From NCBI GenBank assembly GCA_048939245.1, contig JBHLPR010000034.1:1-22579 (forward strand): 22,579 nucleotides of DNA, in the 5' to 3' direction. The translations under genes were made by a program, and so were the position numbers. This DNA is from Promethearchaeota archaeon (GTDB taxonomy: Archaea; Asgardarchaeota; Hermodarchaeia; Hermodarchaeales; Hermodarchaeaceae). Numbering within the stretch: the stretch's first letter is position 1; each line of letters begins with the position of its first letter. The notes beneath the pieces were generated by a model. That model was not told the origin of the DNA. It was given only the letters and a program-made list of their open reading frames with translations, and did no database searches. Below are positions 1-9,024 of the stretch, piece by piece.

Positions 1-1
1 A

Positions 2-118
2 CCACCCCATGGAGGGTTAGCAATTGGCATCGAACGATTAACAATGCAAATGCTTGGTTACTCTAATATTCGTGAAGTGGTCCTATTTCCACGAGACCGA
101 ACACGATTGGTACCTTGA
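2..118 (+). CDS. aspS: Aspartyl-tRNA synthetase, archaeal type, C-terminal fragment (gene begins before the window)
   Basis: Frame 2 reads [38 protein letters not shown]. This is class IIb motif 3 (PPHGG..G.ERL) plus the FPRD..RL.P terminus typical of archaeal AspRS. AsnRS is the less likely alternative. Confidence 0.88.
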   Translation, partial: PPHGGLAIGIERLTMQMLGYSNIREVVLFPRDRTRLVP

Positions 119-186
119 AGTTGTGAAACGGTGATTAGTAGTTAAGTTCAATAAGCACAGCATATGAATATAGGAGGGGTGATTCT

Positions 187-387
187 TTGTCGAAACCAAG
201 CGATCAGATGGGTGCCTATTTCCAAAAGAAGGGACAGAACTTGGAAGAGCTAGCAGACCACCATGCGTCAATTGGTGAAAAATCCCAGGCAAAAGACCTC
301 TATGCACAAGCCCGGTCGATGTATGAGCGCTTGGGCAACCAAGAACTTATTTCCCGCATCGATGAAAAAATGAGCGCCCTTAAGTGA
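187..387 (+). CDS. Small alpha-helical protein, TPR/SNAP-repeat-like (66 aa)
   Basis: TTG start preceded by a strong SD-like GGAGGGGTGA. The helix-turn-helix pattern LADHHASIGEKSQAKDLYAQARSMYERLG resembles a TPR. Confidence 0.6.
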   Translation: MSKPSDQMGAYFQKKGQNLEELADHHASIGEKSQAKDLYAQARSMYERLGNQELISRIDEKMSALK

Positions 388-419
388 GTTTCAAGAAGAT
401 TTACGGTTTTTCTATTTCA

Positions 420-1409
420 TCAGAAGATTGTGATGAACCGAGTGGCAGGTTCGCTGCGAAGCCGCACAGCGACTTGGTCGTTGTTAAGGTTTAGAAAGTG
501 GAGTTCTTGTTCTGTAAGTTGTGTATGGAGCACGGAGGGTGATTCATCAGAAGTACTTGTAAGAATGAAATTTTCGCTCTGTTGTAATGGGGGGTTAAGT
601 TGTTTGTCTTTGGTTTGAAAAATCACCAAAGAGCTTTTGGTTGCCCTGTAGCGTGTATAGAGCCAGTGGAATAATTGTGGGCTTAGTGGTGGTGGATCTA
701 CTAAAAAGAGTGCTGGAAGATGTTGGTTTTGGTTAGCAAGGAGTTTAAGGAGTAACATGTTTATTGCGAACGTGGTGGTTGGTGTATCGTTTGCGGATAT
801 AATAGTGGGTAGATATTGAAGTTTAGATAAGGTGACATTGTCGTAGTTCCTATTGAGGAGTTGATGGGGGATGGCTTGGAGTAATCCGCGGATTTCCTCG
901 TAGGAGGCGTTATGATGTTGATAAAAGGGAAGGGTGGTTTGGAGGTATTCAAGGGTAGGTTTTGAAGCGGATATAATTGTCTTCCAGATTATTACATGGA
1001 ACAGGTTTCGAGCAGTTGGTGAAAGGGGGCTAAATGCCTCGAATAGACTGATGAGGATACTAATCTGTCGTGAAGGATGCTGTTCCTTCGCAATATCGAG
1101 TGCGTTGAACGAAATGGCGTCCTTTTCAAGGTCGAGATGCCAAAAGGGACATTCACAGACCTGTTCTTCGAGACCTTCTGAAGGGTATCCTTTAATGACG
1201 AGTATTGGAATTCGGTGTTCATCACAGAGTTGAATCAGCAGGTTGAAGTAAATGTCCTTCGCCCGTCGACCTACGACAAAGAGATTGGATAGATCTTGAA
1301 GAGTGATTGAAAATGGATGAGTTTGTTGATTTTGAACTAGATAGCCTAGCTGGAGCAAGCCGGTTGCATGGTGCGATTCGAAATTGTATGGTGAACTTTC
1401 GTCCGACAA
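420..1409 (-). CDS. Degenerate HerA/FtsK/VirB4-like (DUF87-like) P-loop protein, probably catalytically inactive
   Basis: 329 aa ORF. LGY...PFSITLQDLSNLFVVGRRAK lies at the Walker A position, followed by IPILVIKG, LFLVDPP at the Walker B position, RYRATKSSLVIFQ in the R-finger/Q region and a C-terminal LNLNNDQVAVRL..P. The order matches the HerA fold but catalytic residues are lost. Confidence 0.55.
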   Translation of the reverse strand: MSDESSPYNFESHHATGLLQLGYLVQNQQTHPFSITLQDLSNLFVVGRRAKDIYFNLLIQLCDEHRIPILVIKGYPSEGLEEQVCECPFWHLDLEKDAISFNALDIAKEQHPSRQISILISLFEAFSPLSPTARNLFHVIIWKTIISASKPTLEYLQTTLPFYQHHNASYEEIRGLLQAIPHQLLNRNYDNVTLSKLQYLPTIISANDTPTTTFAINMLLLKLLANQNQHLPALFLVDPPPLSPQLFHWLYTRYRATKSSLVIFQTKDKQLNPPLQQSENFILTSTSDESPSVLHTQLTEQELHFLNLNNDQVAVRLRSEPATRFITIF

Positions 1410-1587
1410 GCCGTTTCCCCGTATTCGTTGCGGGTTCTACCCTTTTTTTAGGTATTCGTGATTATCTGTTTTAGTAGACAGACACGATGCAGAGAGGTCA
1501 CTGAAAGTATTCGCGTGGATTCTTCCTGCTTGCCGTTTCCTATTTAAACAATAAACGTTAATGCTCATTTTACTGTGAGTGTTGACC

Positions 1588-2505
1588 ATGAAAGTGAAGC
1601 CATTTCTCACAATAATGCGCCCCGCTAATCCGCTCTTCGGTAGCCTAACTGCGATTATTGGTATTCTCACAACAAACTATTTCATTATCGTGAATTTCGG
1701 ATTGGTGCGGTGGACAATTCCTGAGCTCTTTATTGTGCTAATCCTAACCGCTCTAACCTATATTTTCATGGCAGCCGCAGGTAACGTGGTAAATGATATT
1801 TACGATTTAGAAGTAGACAAGGTGAACCGTCCAGATCGTCCTTTACCCAGCGGACAAATCAGTATAAAACAAGCTAAGATGTGGACGGTGATTCTCATTC
1901 TCCTTTCACTGCTCTTTTCCCTCTTGACTGTGCCATTCTCGTTTATCGGACTCTGGACCTTGGCAATTGTGGCTCTGTTTGCACTTGTTGGACTGCTGTA
2001 TGCGGCAAAGGGAAAAGTGATGGGAATCTGGGGGAACTTCACTGTGGCAATAAGTTTCGCCTTTGGTCTCTTTTATGGATCCTTGGTGACCTTTCTTTTT
2101 ATTCCCCCCGTCATCTTTGTCTATTTCATTACTGCCGCGAGCGTCTTACAGGGTCGAGAGATAATTAAAGGAATTGAAGATGTCGAAGGCGATGCATTAC
2201 GGGATGTTAAAACCATTGCTCGTAAATACGGGGTTCAAAGAGCGGCAATTCTTGCAACAATCTGTAATGCAATTGGAATCATTGGCTTCTGCATACCATG
2301 GCTTGTTACCCTTCTGAGCTGGAATTGGATAGGTCCCCTTTATCTGATTCTCTTAATTCCTGGGTCAATTTGTGTAGGAATATCAGGGTTCCTTATTTTA
2401 CGCAACCCAGAAGAAAACGCTAGCCGAGCTAGTTTCTTTGATAAAATTGGAGCATACCTGGGATTATTGAACTTTCTGCTTGGATCCATCTTCATCATTA
2501 TTTGA
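1588..2505 (+). CDS. Digeranylgeranylglyceryl phosphate (DGGGP) synthase, UbiA prenyltransferase family
   Basis: N-terminal MRPAN, first Asp-rich motif NDIYDLEVDKVNRPDRPLPSG, second motif REIIKGIEDVEGD, and multiple TM helices. ATG 1588 is preferred over GTG 1579. Confidence 0.9.
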   Translation: MKVKPFLTIMRPANPLFGSLTAIIGILTTNYFIIVNFGLVRWTIPELFIVLILTALTYIFMAAAGNVVNDIYDLEVDKVNRPDRPLPSGQISIKQAKMWTVILILLSLLFSLLTVPFSFIGLWTLAIVALFALVGLLYAAKGKVMGIWGNFTVAISFAFGLFYGSLVTFLFIPPVIFVYFITAASVLQGREIIKGIEDVEGDALRDVKTIARKYGVQRAAILATICNAIGIIGFCIPWLVTLLSWNWIGPLYLILLIPGSICVGISGFLILRNPEENASRASFFDKIGAYLGLLNFLLGSIFIII

Positions 2506-3212
2506 CAGGAGAGAAAAAAAGGCTGCGAATCGCTGCCACCAGTGATATTCATTGGCCCCAATATCAGGGATTATTCATCAAATCATTACGACAATTACAA
2601 TCGAAGCTGGACCTCTTTCTACTTGCTGGTGATTTAGTCAATCGTGGCAATCTACGAAGCTTTCAGCCCATTCTAAATAAATTGGTTGAAGCGAAGCTTG
2701 ACTGCCCAATAGTTGCATGCTTCGGGAATGACGAGTACGATTCGATTCAAGACACATTACGAGCTCAAGGAGAAGGCATTATTACTTTTCTTGACGATGA
2801 GTTGATGACTCTTACAATTCGTGGAAAAAAAGTTTCAATTGTGGGCAGCCGAGGAGTGCTTGACCACCCTACATTCTGGCAATCACGAAATATCACTGGC
2901 ATCCGAGAAATATATACAGAAAGGGTGAACACTCTGGATTCTCTTCTTGAGGAAGCCAAGAGAATTAGTTCGTTCAGTATTTTACTCACCCATTATACTT
3001 CGACTTATGCGACTTTGAAAGGGGAACTCCAAAGGGACTACGCCCAAATGGGTAGTCATCGCGTTGAAGAGCTCCTTAAACGCCATGCACCCAACATTGC
3101 TATCCACGGTCATGCCCACCGCGGCTTACGAAAAACCCAGCTGAACAAAGTCAGAGTCTACAACGTTTCGCTCCCTTTAAATCGCCAGATTGTCATGATT
3201 AAGACCTCATAG
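2502..3212 (+). CDS. Calcineurin-like metallophosphoesterase
   Basis: Motifs SDIH, GDL, GNDE, THY and HGHAH in canonical order. Overlaps the upstream stop by 4 nt (TTGA). Confidence 0.9.
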   Translation: MTGEKKRLRIAATSDIHWPQYQGLFIKSLRQLQSKLDLFLLAGDLVNRGNLRSFQPILNKLVEAKLDCPIVACFGNDEYDSIQDTLRAQGEGIITFLDDELMTLTIRGKKVSIVGSRGVLDHPTFWQSRNITGIREIYTERVNTLDSLLEEAKRISSFSILLTHYTSTYATLKGELQRDYAQMGSHRVEELLKRHAPNIAIHGHAHRGLRKTQLNKVRVYNVSLPLNRQIVMIKTS

Positions 3213-3343
3213 AAATGACCGATTAACAGTGTTGCGCGCTATCTCCAGGATTTAAGTCGGAAAGAGAGCCATTTTCATCGACGTTTAAGCCTGTTTTACG
3301 GATTTAAGAAAAGTATATGTGTCGCTCAATCGACGAAAGGTTC

Positions 3344-4810
3344 ATGTCCCAGCCAGCGGTGGATCCAAAAAACAGTGGTTTCTGTCCATCCTGCCACATC
3401 AATATGGCCGAACGCTATTGCAAAGAATGTGGACAGGTCTTTTGCCTTCCTTGTTCGCGCCAAGACCTCAGCGAATTCTATACTTGCCCCAGGTGTGGAC
3501 CCGACAACATCGAAGAGCAAGAAGAAGGCGGCTGGATTTGCACAGAATGTGAAGAACCCGCACAGTTGGCGACGCGTCGAGTATACCTATGCCCCAATTG
3601 CGGATCTGAAGAGATTGTACCCATTCATAATATGCGTCAAGAGCTAGTGGGTCGCTTTCGTACCACCTATTACCGATTACGAACAGGCCACGAGCTATTA
3701 GCTGGATTTGCAGCACGATTACGGATATTGCGTTGGCGAATCCGGGAGCTTCGGACTGCGAGTTTTTTGCATGATCCTGAGGTTGAAAAAGAACTCCTTG
3801 ACTTGATGAAGACCGATTTGCCAAGCGTCCATGATCGCATTCTCTTTCGGGCTCGGAATGTCGTGGAACGCCACCGGCCAAGTAAAGCTCGATTTATGCA
3901 TCCTGAACGATGGACCATTACAGATTTTCCCCTTCTGGCGGGATTAATTGAAGCAATTCAAGAAGACGTGGCGGATTACCAAGCCTATTGTCGAGACTTA
4001 GTCAACGGATTAGATGTGAAACTGGCTACGATTGAGGCACGTTTGACACAGATTGCTGAATGGCACAAACTTTTCGATGATCACATTGAGCATTTACCGA
4101 TTCTTGAAAATGAAAGGCCGGTTGCAGCCATCCAGCCAGTCAATTTGAATAAAACGGAAGCAAATGAGGGAATGAGTAACGGCATCTTATTCATCACCTC
4201 ACGGCGCCTCCTATTTCTTGGGCGTAAGGGCTTTTTCAACAAAGAAATCCGCGTCGTGCACACGCTTCCACTTACAGAAATTCGAGAAATTGAACTTCAA
4301 GGACGGATTCGCCGACGGCTCTGTATCACCACAGAAACTGAAGAGCTGAAACTTGGTGGTCCTTCTAAAATTTTGGAAGAAACCCCTGATGCCATCAATT
4401 TGGCTACCAGTTTTTCAGATCATAGCCTTGTGACAACATCTGGGTCATTACGAATTTTGAATCTTAAAGTGGATGTTACCTTACTCCGCGATGAGTTGGA
4501 TCAACTGATTAATTACGCCGTTTCTCCTGAAGACCAGGATAATAGAGATCAAGTAGATGGGCCTAAACCGTATCCTTATCCTGAGGGGTATTATCCTCGA
4601 TTTTCACCTTCTGATGGTTTGGAGCGTGACCCTGTTTTTCAACTGGAACAACAGCGGTTTAGTATCGAGTCGACAATGGAACTATTGAAGAAACAGTTTG
4701 AGGAAGGAAAACTGTCCGATGAAAAATTCTTCAAACAGTATCGTTCCCTCACCCAAGAACTGTACCTAGTCGAAGCGCAGATTCGTGACCTTCGAAGACG
4801 ACAAGTCTAG
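3344..4810 (+). CDS. Multi-zinc-finger + PH-like + Pro/Tyr-rich + steadiness-box (Vps23/Vps37-like ESCRT-I core) protein
   Basis: Six CxxC pairs at the N-terminus. PH/GRAM-like segment GILFITSRRLLFLGRKGFF...LPLTEIREIEL. GPKPYPYPEGYYP linker. C-terminal SIESTMELLKKQFEEGKLSDEKFFKQYRSLTQELY resembles the Vps23/TSG101 steadiness box. ATG 3344 is preferred because AAAAGTATATG (BRE/TATA-like) lies about 27 nt upstream; the ORF track starts at 3317. Confidence 0.7.
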   Translation: MSQPAVDPKNSGFCPSCHINMAERYCKECGQVFCLPCSRQDLSEFYTCPRCGPDNIEEQEEGGWICTECEEPAQLATRRVYLCPNCGSEEIVPIHNMRQELVGRFRTTYYRLRTGHELLAGFAARLRILRWRIRELRTASFLHDPEVEKELLDLMKTDLPSVHDRILFRARNVVERHRPSKARFMHPERWTITDFPLLAGLIEAIQEDVADYQAYCRDLVNGLDVKLATIEARLTQIAEWHKLFDDHIEHLPILENERPVAAIQPVNLNKTEANEGMSNGILFITSRRLLFLGRKGFFNKEIRVVHTLPLTEIREIELQGRIRRRLCITTETEELKLGGPSKILEETPDAINLATSFSDHSLVTTSGSLRILNLKVDVTLLRDELDQLINYAVSPEDQDNRDQVDGPKPYPYPEGYYPRFSPSDGLERDPVFQLEQQRFSIESTMELLKKQFEEGKLSDEKFFKQYRSLTQELYLVEAQIRDLRRRQV

Positions 4811-4854
4811 GAAGCCACAATTGACTCATTGGGTGTGTCTGATGGTCGGCAGTG

Positions 4855-5487
4855 TTATTCTTTGACTTCCTTTTTCAGGCGTTCGAGTTCGCGTTTTGTG
4901 CGTTCGCGTCTTTCCTCGGATGTTTCGAGGAGCTCTTCTTCGCCTTCAGGCACGGCAGGTAATTGCCCGGCTTCTTCTAGGGCAATCATGGTTTCAATGT
5001 CTTCAAGCTCTGCATCGACTTCGGCATCCATTTCTTCATCTTCGAGACCCAGACCAAGAATCTCTTCAGTAGCTTCGGCTTCCTCAATGAGTGCTTGAGT
5101 TTCCAGAATCACTTCGCGAGCAACCTCAGGAGAAGCGGTTTCTCGAAGATTTTCCAACTCGGAACCAATGCCTTTCAAGGCACCGATTACTTCTGTTTCA
5201 CCGCGTGCTTGATCGATGGCTTCCACACCACGTTCCATCAAGTCGATTTCTTGTTCGATTAATCGAGCTTTCCGAAGATAGCGTTGGCGTCGACGGAGTT
5301 GAAGTTTGGCAGCCTTACGATCTCCACGTCGAACATAGCGGATTGCTTTAATCCGTGAATCCTTAGCCTTGGTTTCATACTGTCGACCACGGACTTCAAG
5401 TTTATCGGTAACCCGGTGAATTCGTGCAATGGTATCTTCTTTCGGTTCAGGTTTTTTCGGAAAGAGCTTTTCCCAGAATTTTGCCAT
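4855..5487 (-). CDS. ESCRT-III protein, Vps20/Vps32(Snf7)/Vps60 class
   Basis: Amphipathic N-terminus MAKFWEKLF, basic helical hairpin RRGDRKAAKLQLRRRQRY, acidic C-half DAEVDAELEDIE, and MIM2-like LPAVP. Confidence 0.9.
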   Translation of the reverse strand: MAKFWEKLFPKKPEPKEDTIARIHRVTDKLEVRGRQYETKAKDSRIKAIRYVRRGDRKAAKLQLRRRQRYLRKARLIEQEIDLMERGVEAIDQARGETEVIGALKGIGSELENLRETASPEVAREVILETQALIEEAEATEEILGLGLEDEEMDAEVDAELEDIETMIALEEAGQLPAVPEGEEELLETSEERRERTKRELERLKKEVKE

Positions 5488-5491
5488 TTTT

Positions 5492-6103
5492 CTAGCCCTC
5501 CTCCTTTAATCGCTCAATTTCTTTTTCGAGTTCCGAGACCCGCTTTTCGGGCTCGGGAAGCGAGGTGCCCGTTTCTACTTCAATTTCAGAATCGAGCTCT
5601 CGAAGTGCATCCTTTACCTCGCCATCGGTGACTTCAGTTGATACCGCCATTCGTTCCATTCCTGCTTCGGCTACTTCTTGGGTCATTTCGAAGTGGCGGA
5701 GGTTTCCTTCAATTTGATCTACGAGTTTGGCAACTTCAGGAACTTTCACCTGGTTCTTAAGCCCTCCGAGGGCAGAGTTGAGTTGCCCAAGGATTTTTGC
5801 CACTTCACCCATGGCTTCACTTTGGCGTAGCTGTGTTTGTAATCCTTCAATTCGTAGACGATACGCGTCTACACTAAGGGCCCATTTTTGGAAGCGCAGA
5901 TGGTGTTGTAAGTACATCCGCGTCGCATCCATATTTCCTTGAAGCCGGTACTTTTTGGCCCTCTGGCGGCTTTTACTCGCCTCTTTTTCGAGCATCTTCC
6001 GTTGTAAGTCGAGCTTCCGGCAGAAGACATCGAGGCGGAAGATGAGTTTCTTCAGATCGGGTCCGCCGCCCAGCCATGACATAAATCGGCGAATAGCAGA
6101 CAT
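5492..6103 (-). CDS. ESCRT-III protein, Vps2/Vps24/Vps46(Did2) class
   Basis: LIFRL...RKLDLQRKMLEKE...QGNMDATRMY resembles CHMP1/Did2. Has an LPEP motif and a MIM1-like C-terminal helix ELEKEIERLK. Separated from the next gene by 4 nt. Confidence 0.9.
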   Translation of the reverse strand: MSAIRRFMSWLGGGPDLKKLIFRLDVFCRKLDLQRKMLEKEASKSRQRAKKYRLQGNMDATRMYLQHHLRFQKWALSVDAYRLRIEGLQTQLRQSEAMGEVAKILGQLNSALGGLKNQVKVPEVAKLVDQIEGNLRHFEMTQEVAEAGMERMAVSTEVTDGEVKDALRELDSEIEVETGTSLPEPEKRVSELEKEIERLKEEG

Positions 6104-6137
6104 TATCGTTACCTTCCTGTCAACCCTTCAAATCGAA

Positions 6138-6150
6138 CCTATTATACTTT
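6138..6150 (-). promoter_or_regulatory. Putative BRE/TATA promoter of the ESCRT-III operon
   Basis: The minus strand reads AAAAGTATAATAG about 35-45 nt upstream of ATG 6103, followed by an SD-like AGGAAGGT. Confidence 0.45.
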
Positions 6151-6239
6151 TGGGCTCATAGCCTTTAATGGCACGGTTCTATGTATCGATTCGCAAAAAG
6201 AGAATCAATTCCAGGTCCAATACTTCGAAATGAGTCCTC

Positions 6240-6818
6240 CTAGAAAAGGCCGAGGTATCGTAACAATCCGATAATATGGTAGACGAGGGCGATGATGGTA
6301 CCAATAAGTCCAATCCATTGGAGGATTCTAGTTATAAGCTGATGAGAAGTGAGTGGAGTAGTGGTGATGGGCTGATAATCCTGTGGAATGGAGTTAGGAC
6401 GTTTACAGCCAATGGGTCCAAAGGCATCAACTTCTGGGAAAATGTTAATTTCAACGACTCCACGTGTGATTAGCTTGGTTAATGAATGGACGAAGGTGTG
6501 TTTCTTCATATTAAGTAAATTTGCAGCGGTAGTAATGCGAGTAGGATGAGTAATGGAGGCAACGAACCCAGTAACTATTCTGAGCCTTATGAGCTCGTTC
6601 CATTGACTGGTCGAAAGCCACATACCTAAGAACACAAAAATCAGTGATATTGTAAACCACGGAATACCCACAAGTAACAGAACACCAAAGGCGATGAGGC
6701 CTGCAATAGTAATAGCGACACCTATACTGATTGTAAGAGTATATCCTTCAGTTAATCGCCCCATGTTCTTATGATCTAGCGTCACTTCCATCACATTACT
6801 GCGTGTGTCACAGGTCAA
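6240..6818 (-). CDS. Membrane protein with a central winged-helix-like segment
   Basis: Two N-terminal TM helices, then TRITTAANLLNMKKHTFVHSLTKLITRGVVEINI (PCI/wH-like pattern), then a C-terminal TM helix. Start codon uncertain. Confidence 0.6.
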   Translation of the reverse strand: MTCDTRSNVMEVTLDHKNMGRLTEGYTLTISIGVAITIAGLIAFGVLLLVGIPWFTISLIFVFLGMWLSTSQWNELIRLRIVTGFVASITHPTRITTAANLLNMKKHTFVHSLTKLITRGVVEINIFPEVDAFGPIGCKRPNSIPQDYQPITTTPLTSHQLITRILQWIGLIGTIIALVYHIIGLLRYLGLF

Positions 6819-7151
6819 TTTAGCAACTATGTTTATTTATATATATGCTTATAACTATAATTAATTAGCATTAGAAACGTCAATTAATAATTTGGCTCCA
6901 AATTTAATTAAATTAACTGCAAGCCGCCGTTGTAGCGACAGTTCCCTTTTAGCCACAGCCTTTGCCACGTTAGTCTAGAATATTCGAATTACGTGACGGA
7001 GAATTATTTACGATTAGCCCAAGGCGTTTATTTATATACTCACCTATAATTATAGCGATTTACTGCTACAAAGGAGTCGACCAAACCAGCCAACGTAACA
7101 AACTAGAAAAGCGGTTCTTTAACATCAAAAAAATTCTCTGAGCTGAATCTT

Positions 7152-8459
7152 ATGCTTCAAGCGCTACCGACATTTCATCCACTCCTAATAATTGGCCTAA
7201 TCATTTTCTTAGCCGTCGTTGGTGCAGAGATTCAACGTCGCTTAGGGATTCCCCAAGTCCTCGGATTCATCACCATCGGAATCCTACTCGGCCCCTTAGT
7301 TTTTGGGATGATAGATGAAACTCTACTTTCATTTTCCCCTATCATTACAGCCATCGCACTAGGCTTCATCGGATATAACATTGGAAATGAGTTTAGGATT
7401 GATAAAGTGAAAAAGAACGCATCAAAGCTTTTTCCAATCTTGCTTGCAGAAACACTTGGAACATATTTTTTGGTATTTTTTGCAATATTCTTTTGGCTCC
7501 AGGACCCAATATTAGCAATTCTTTTAGGAAGTCTTGCAGCCGCAACCGCCCCTGCAGCAACGGCAGACATTATTTGGGAATTTAAAAGCCGAGGAGCAGT
7601 TACAGATTCGTTAATGTTTATTCTTATTATGGACGATGTCATCGCAATCATCCTGACCAGTATCGCGATTAGTGTTGTATTTCTTTTTCTTAATCCCGTA
7701 GGCACGACATTAATTGCCTTGGTAGCTGCACCCATAATCGAGATTGTTCTCTCAATCCTTATTGGTGCAGGATTTGGAATTCTTCTAGCCCATTTTCTAC
7801 AAAATGTTACAGATCATGGACGATATATACTGCTACTGATTAGCGTAATTATACTGATTATTGGAATTGCTCAATTCCTACATGCCAGTTATTTACTTAC
7901 ATGCATGGTATTTGGAATCGTACTTAGCAATCGCGTTCCAAAGGAATCAATCGAGTTAGGAAATGAAGCAGAAAAGATTCTAAGCCCGATTATTCTCCTC
8001 TTCTTTGTGTTCTTCGGGGCAGGAATGATTAATCCCGTATTGTTGGTTACAGGTGGCTTACTTATCTTCACAACGGCAATTATCTATGTCATAACACGAA
8101 CTCTAGGAAAATATTTCGGAACTCGGATTGCAGCGAAAATCACTGATAGCCCAACAGCAGTAAAGAATTATCTTGGATTATGCTTATTTAGCCAAGCTGG
8201 TGTCGCAGTTGGATTAAGTGTCGTAATGGCAGATTATATGACTCAACTTGGAGTACCAGAATATGCAATTATCATAGTGGGAGTTATTGGCATCTCAACA
8301 CTTATCTTTCAGCTTTTTGGACCACTATCTGTTAAAGTGGCAATCCATAGAGCCGGTGAAGTGAACAACGATAATGAGAATAAAACACCAACAAATGATG
8401 AAACAACACAATCAGGGCAAACATGTGGTTTCCAAGGTCAAGATTCAGATTCCAAATAA
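7152..8459 (+). CDS. Cation:proton antiporter (CPA2 / Na+/H+ exchanger family)
   Basis: About 12 TM helices. IPQVLGFITIGILLGP, ATAPAAT, IMDD, R..GKY.G and SQAGVAVGL motifs. Confidence 0.9.
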   Translation: MLQALPTFHPLLIIGLIIFLAVVGAEIQRRLGIPQVLGFITIGILLGPLVFGMIDETLLSFSPIITAIALGFIGYNIGNEFRIDKVKKNASKLFPILLAETLGTYFLVFFAIFFWLQDPILAILLGSLAAATAPAATADIIWEFKSRGAVTDSLMFILIMDDVIAIILTSIAISVVFLFLNPVGTTLIALVAAPIIEIVLSILIGAGFGILLAHFLQNVTDHGRYILLLISVIILIIGIAQFLHASYLLTCMVFGIVLSNRVPKESIELGNEAEKILSPIILLFFVFFGAGMINPVLLVTGGLLIFTTAIIYVITRTLGKYFGTRIAAKITDSPTAVKNYLGLCLFSQAGVAVGLSVVMADYMTQLGVPEYAIIIVGVIGISTLIFQLFGPLSVKVAIHRAGEVNNDNENKTPTNDETTQSGQTCGFQGQDSDSK

Positions 8460-8584
8460 AAAGCAGCGTTTCGATTTTAGTAAATCTTTCATCACCTCTT
8501 CCAGAGGAGTAAGACCACATTTCTAAGCTATTCTTTTAAACACGATATCTTGAATAATCATTTTAGAAGATACTAGTAGAAGCG

Positions 8585-8905
8585 ATGAAGATCATGGTAA
8601 CACCTGATGAAAAATGGCCAACCGCCTCCTTTGAAGAAAAATATCAGATGATGATTGGTAGTATGTCCAAGGATCAACAGAAAAGATCCGCGCAAAACGC
8701 TGTCCATCTCTGTCTTTGTAATAGGTGTCAGACCAACAACGAAACCGGGGAAATCAATCGTGTCTATTGCACCTTCGGCGAATCAAATTCAATTCAAGAG
8801 CAGAAGGGATGCCTTTGTTCAGAATGCCCAATCACCAAGACCATGAGTATGCGTTGGAACTATTACTGCATCCGAGGTTCAGCAGTGGATCTCTCAGACT
8901 TATGA
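8585..8905 (+). CDS. Cys-rich small protein, DUF2769-like
   Basis: CLCNRC...YCTFGES...KGCLCSECP...YYCIRG pattern. Confidence 0.75.
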   Translation: MKIMVTPDEKWPTASFEEKYQMMIGSMSKDQQKRSAQNAVHLCLCNRCQTNNETGEINRVYCTFGESNSIQEQKGCLCSECPITKTMSMRWNYYCIRGSAVDLSDL

Positions 8906-9024
8906 CCCCTAGTATTCTCTGATAGATTTGACCAAGTGATTTCCGAGTTCGATTTAGAAAAAATCCAATAATGCACTTTATATTGTTGGTCGAGGAACTA
9001 ACGTGAAACTCCGATACCTCATTT

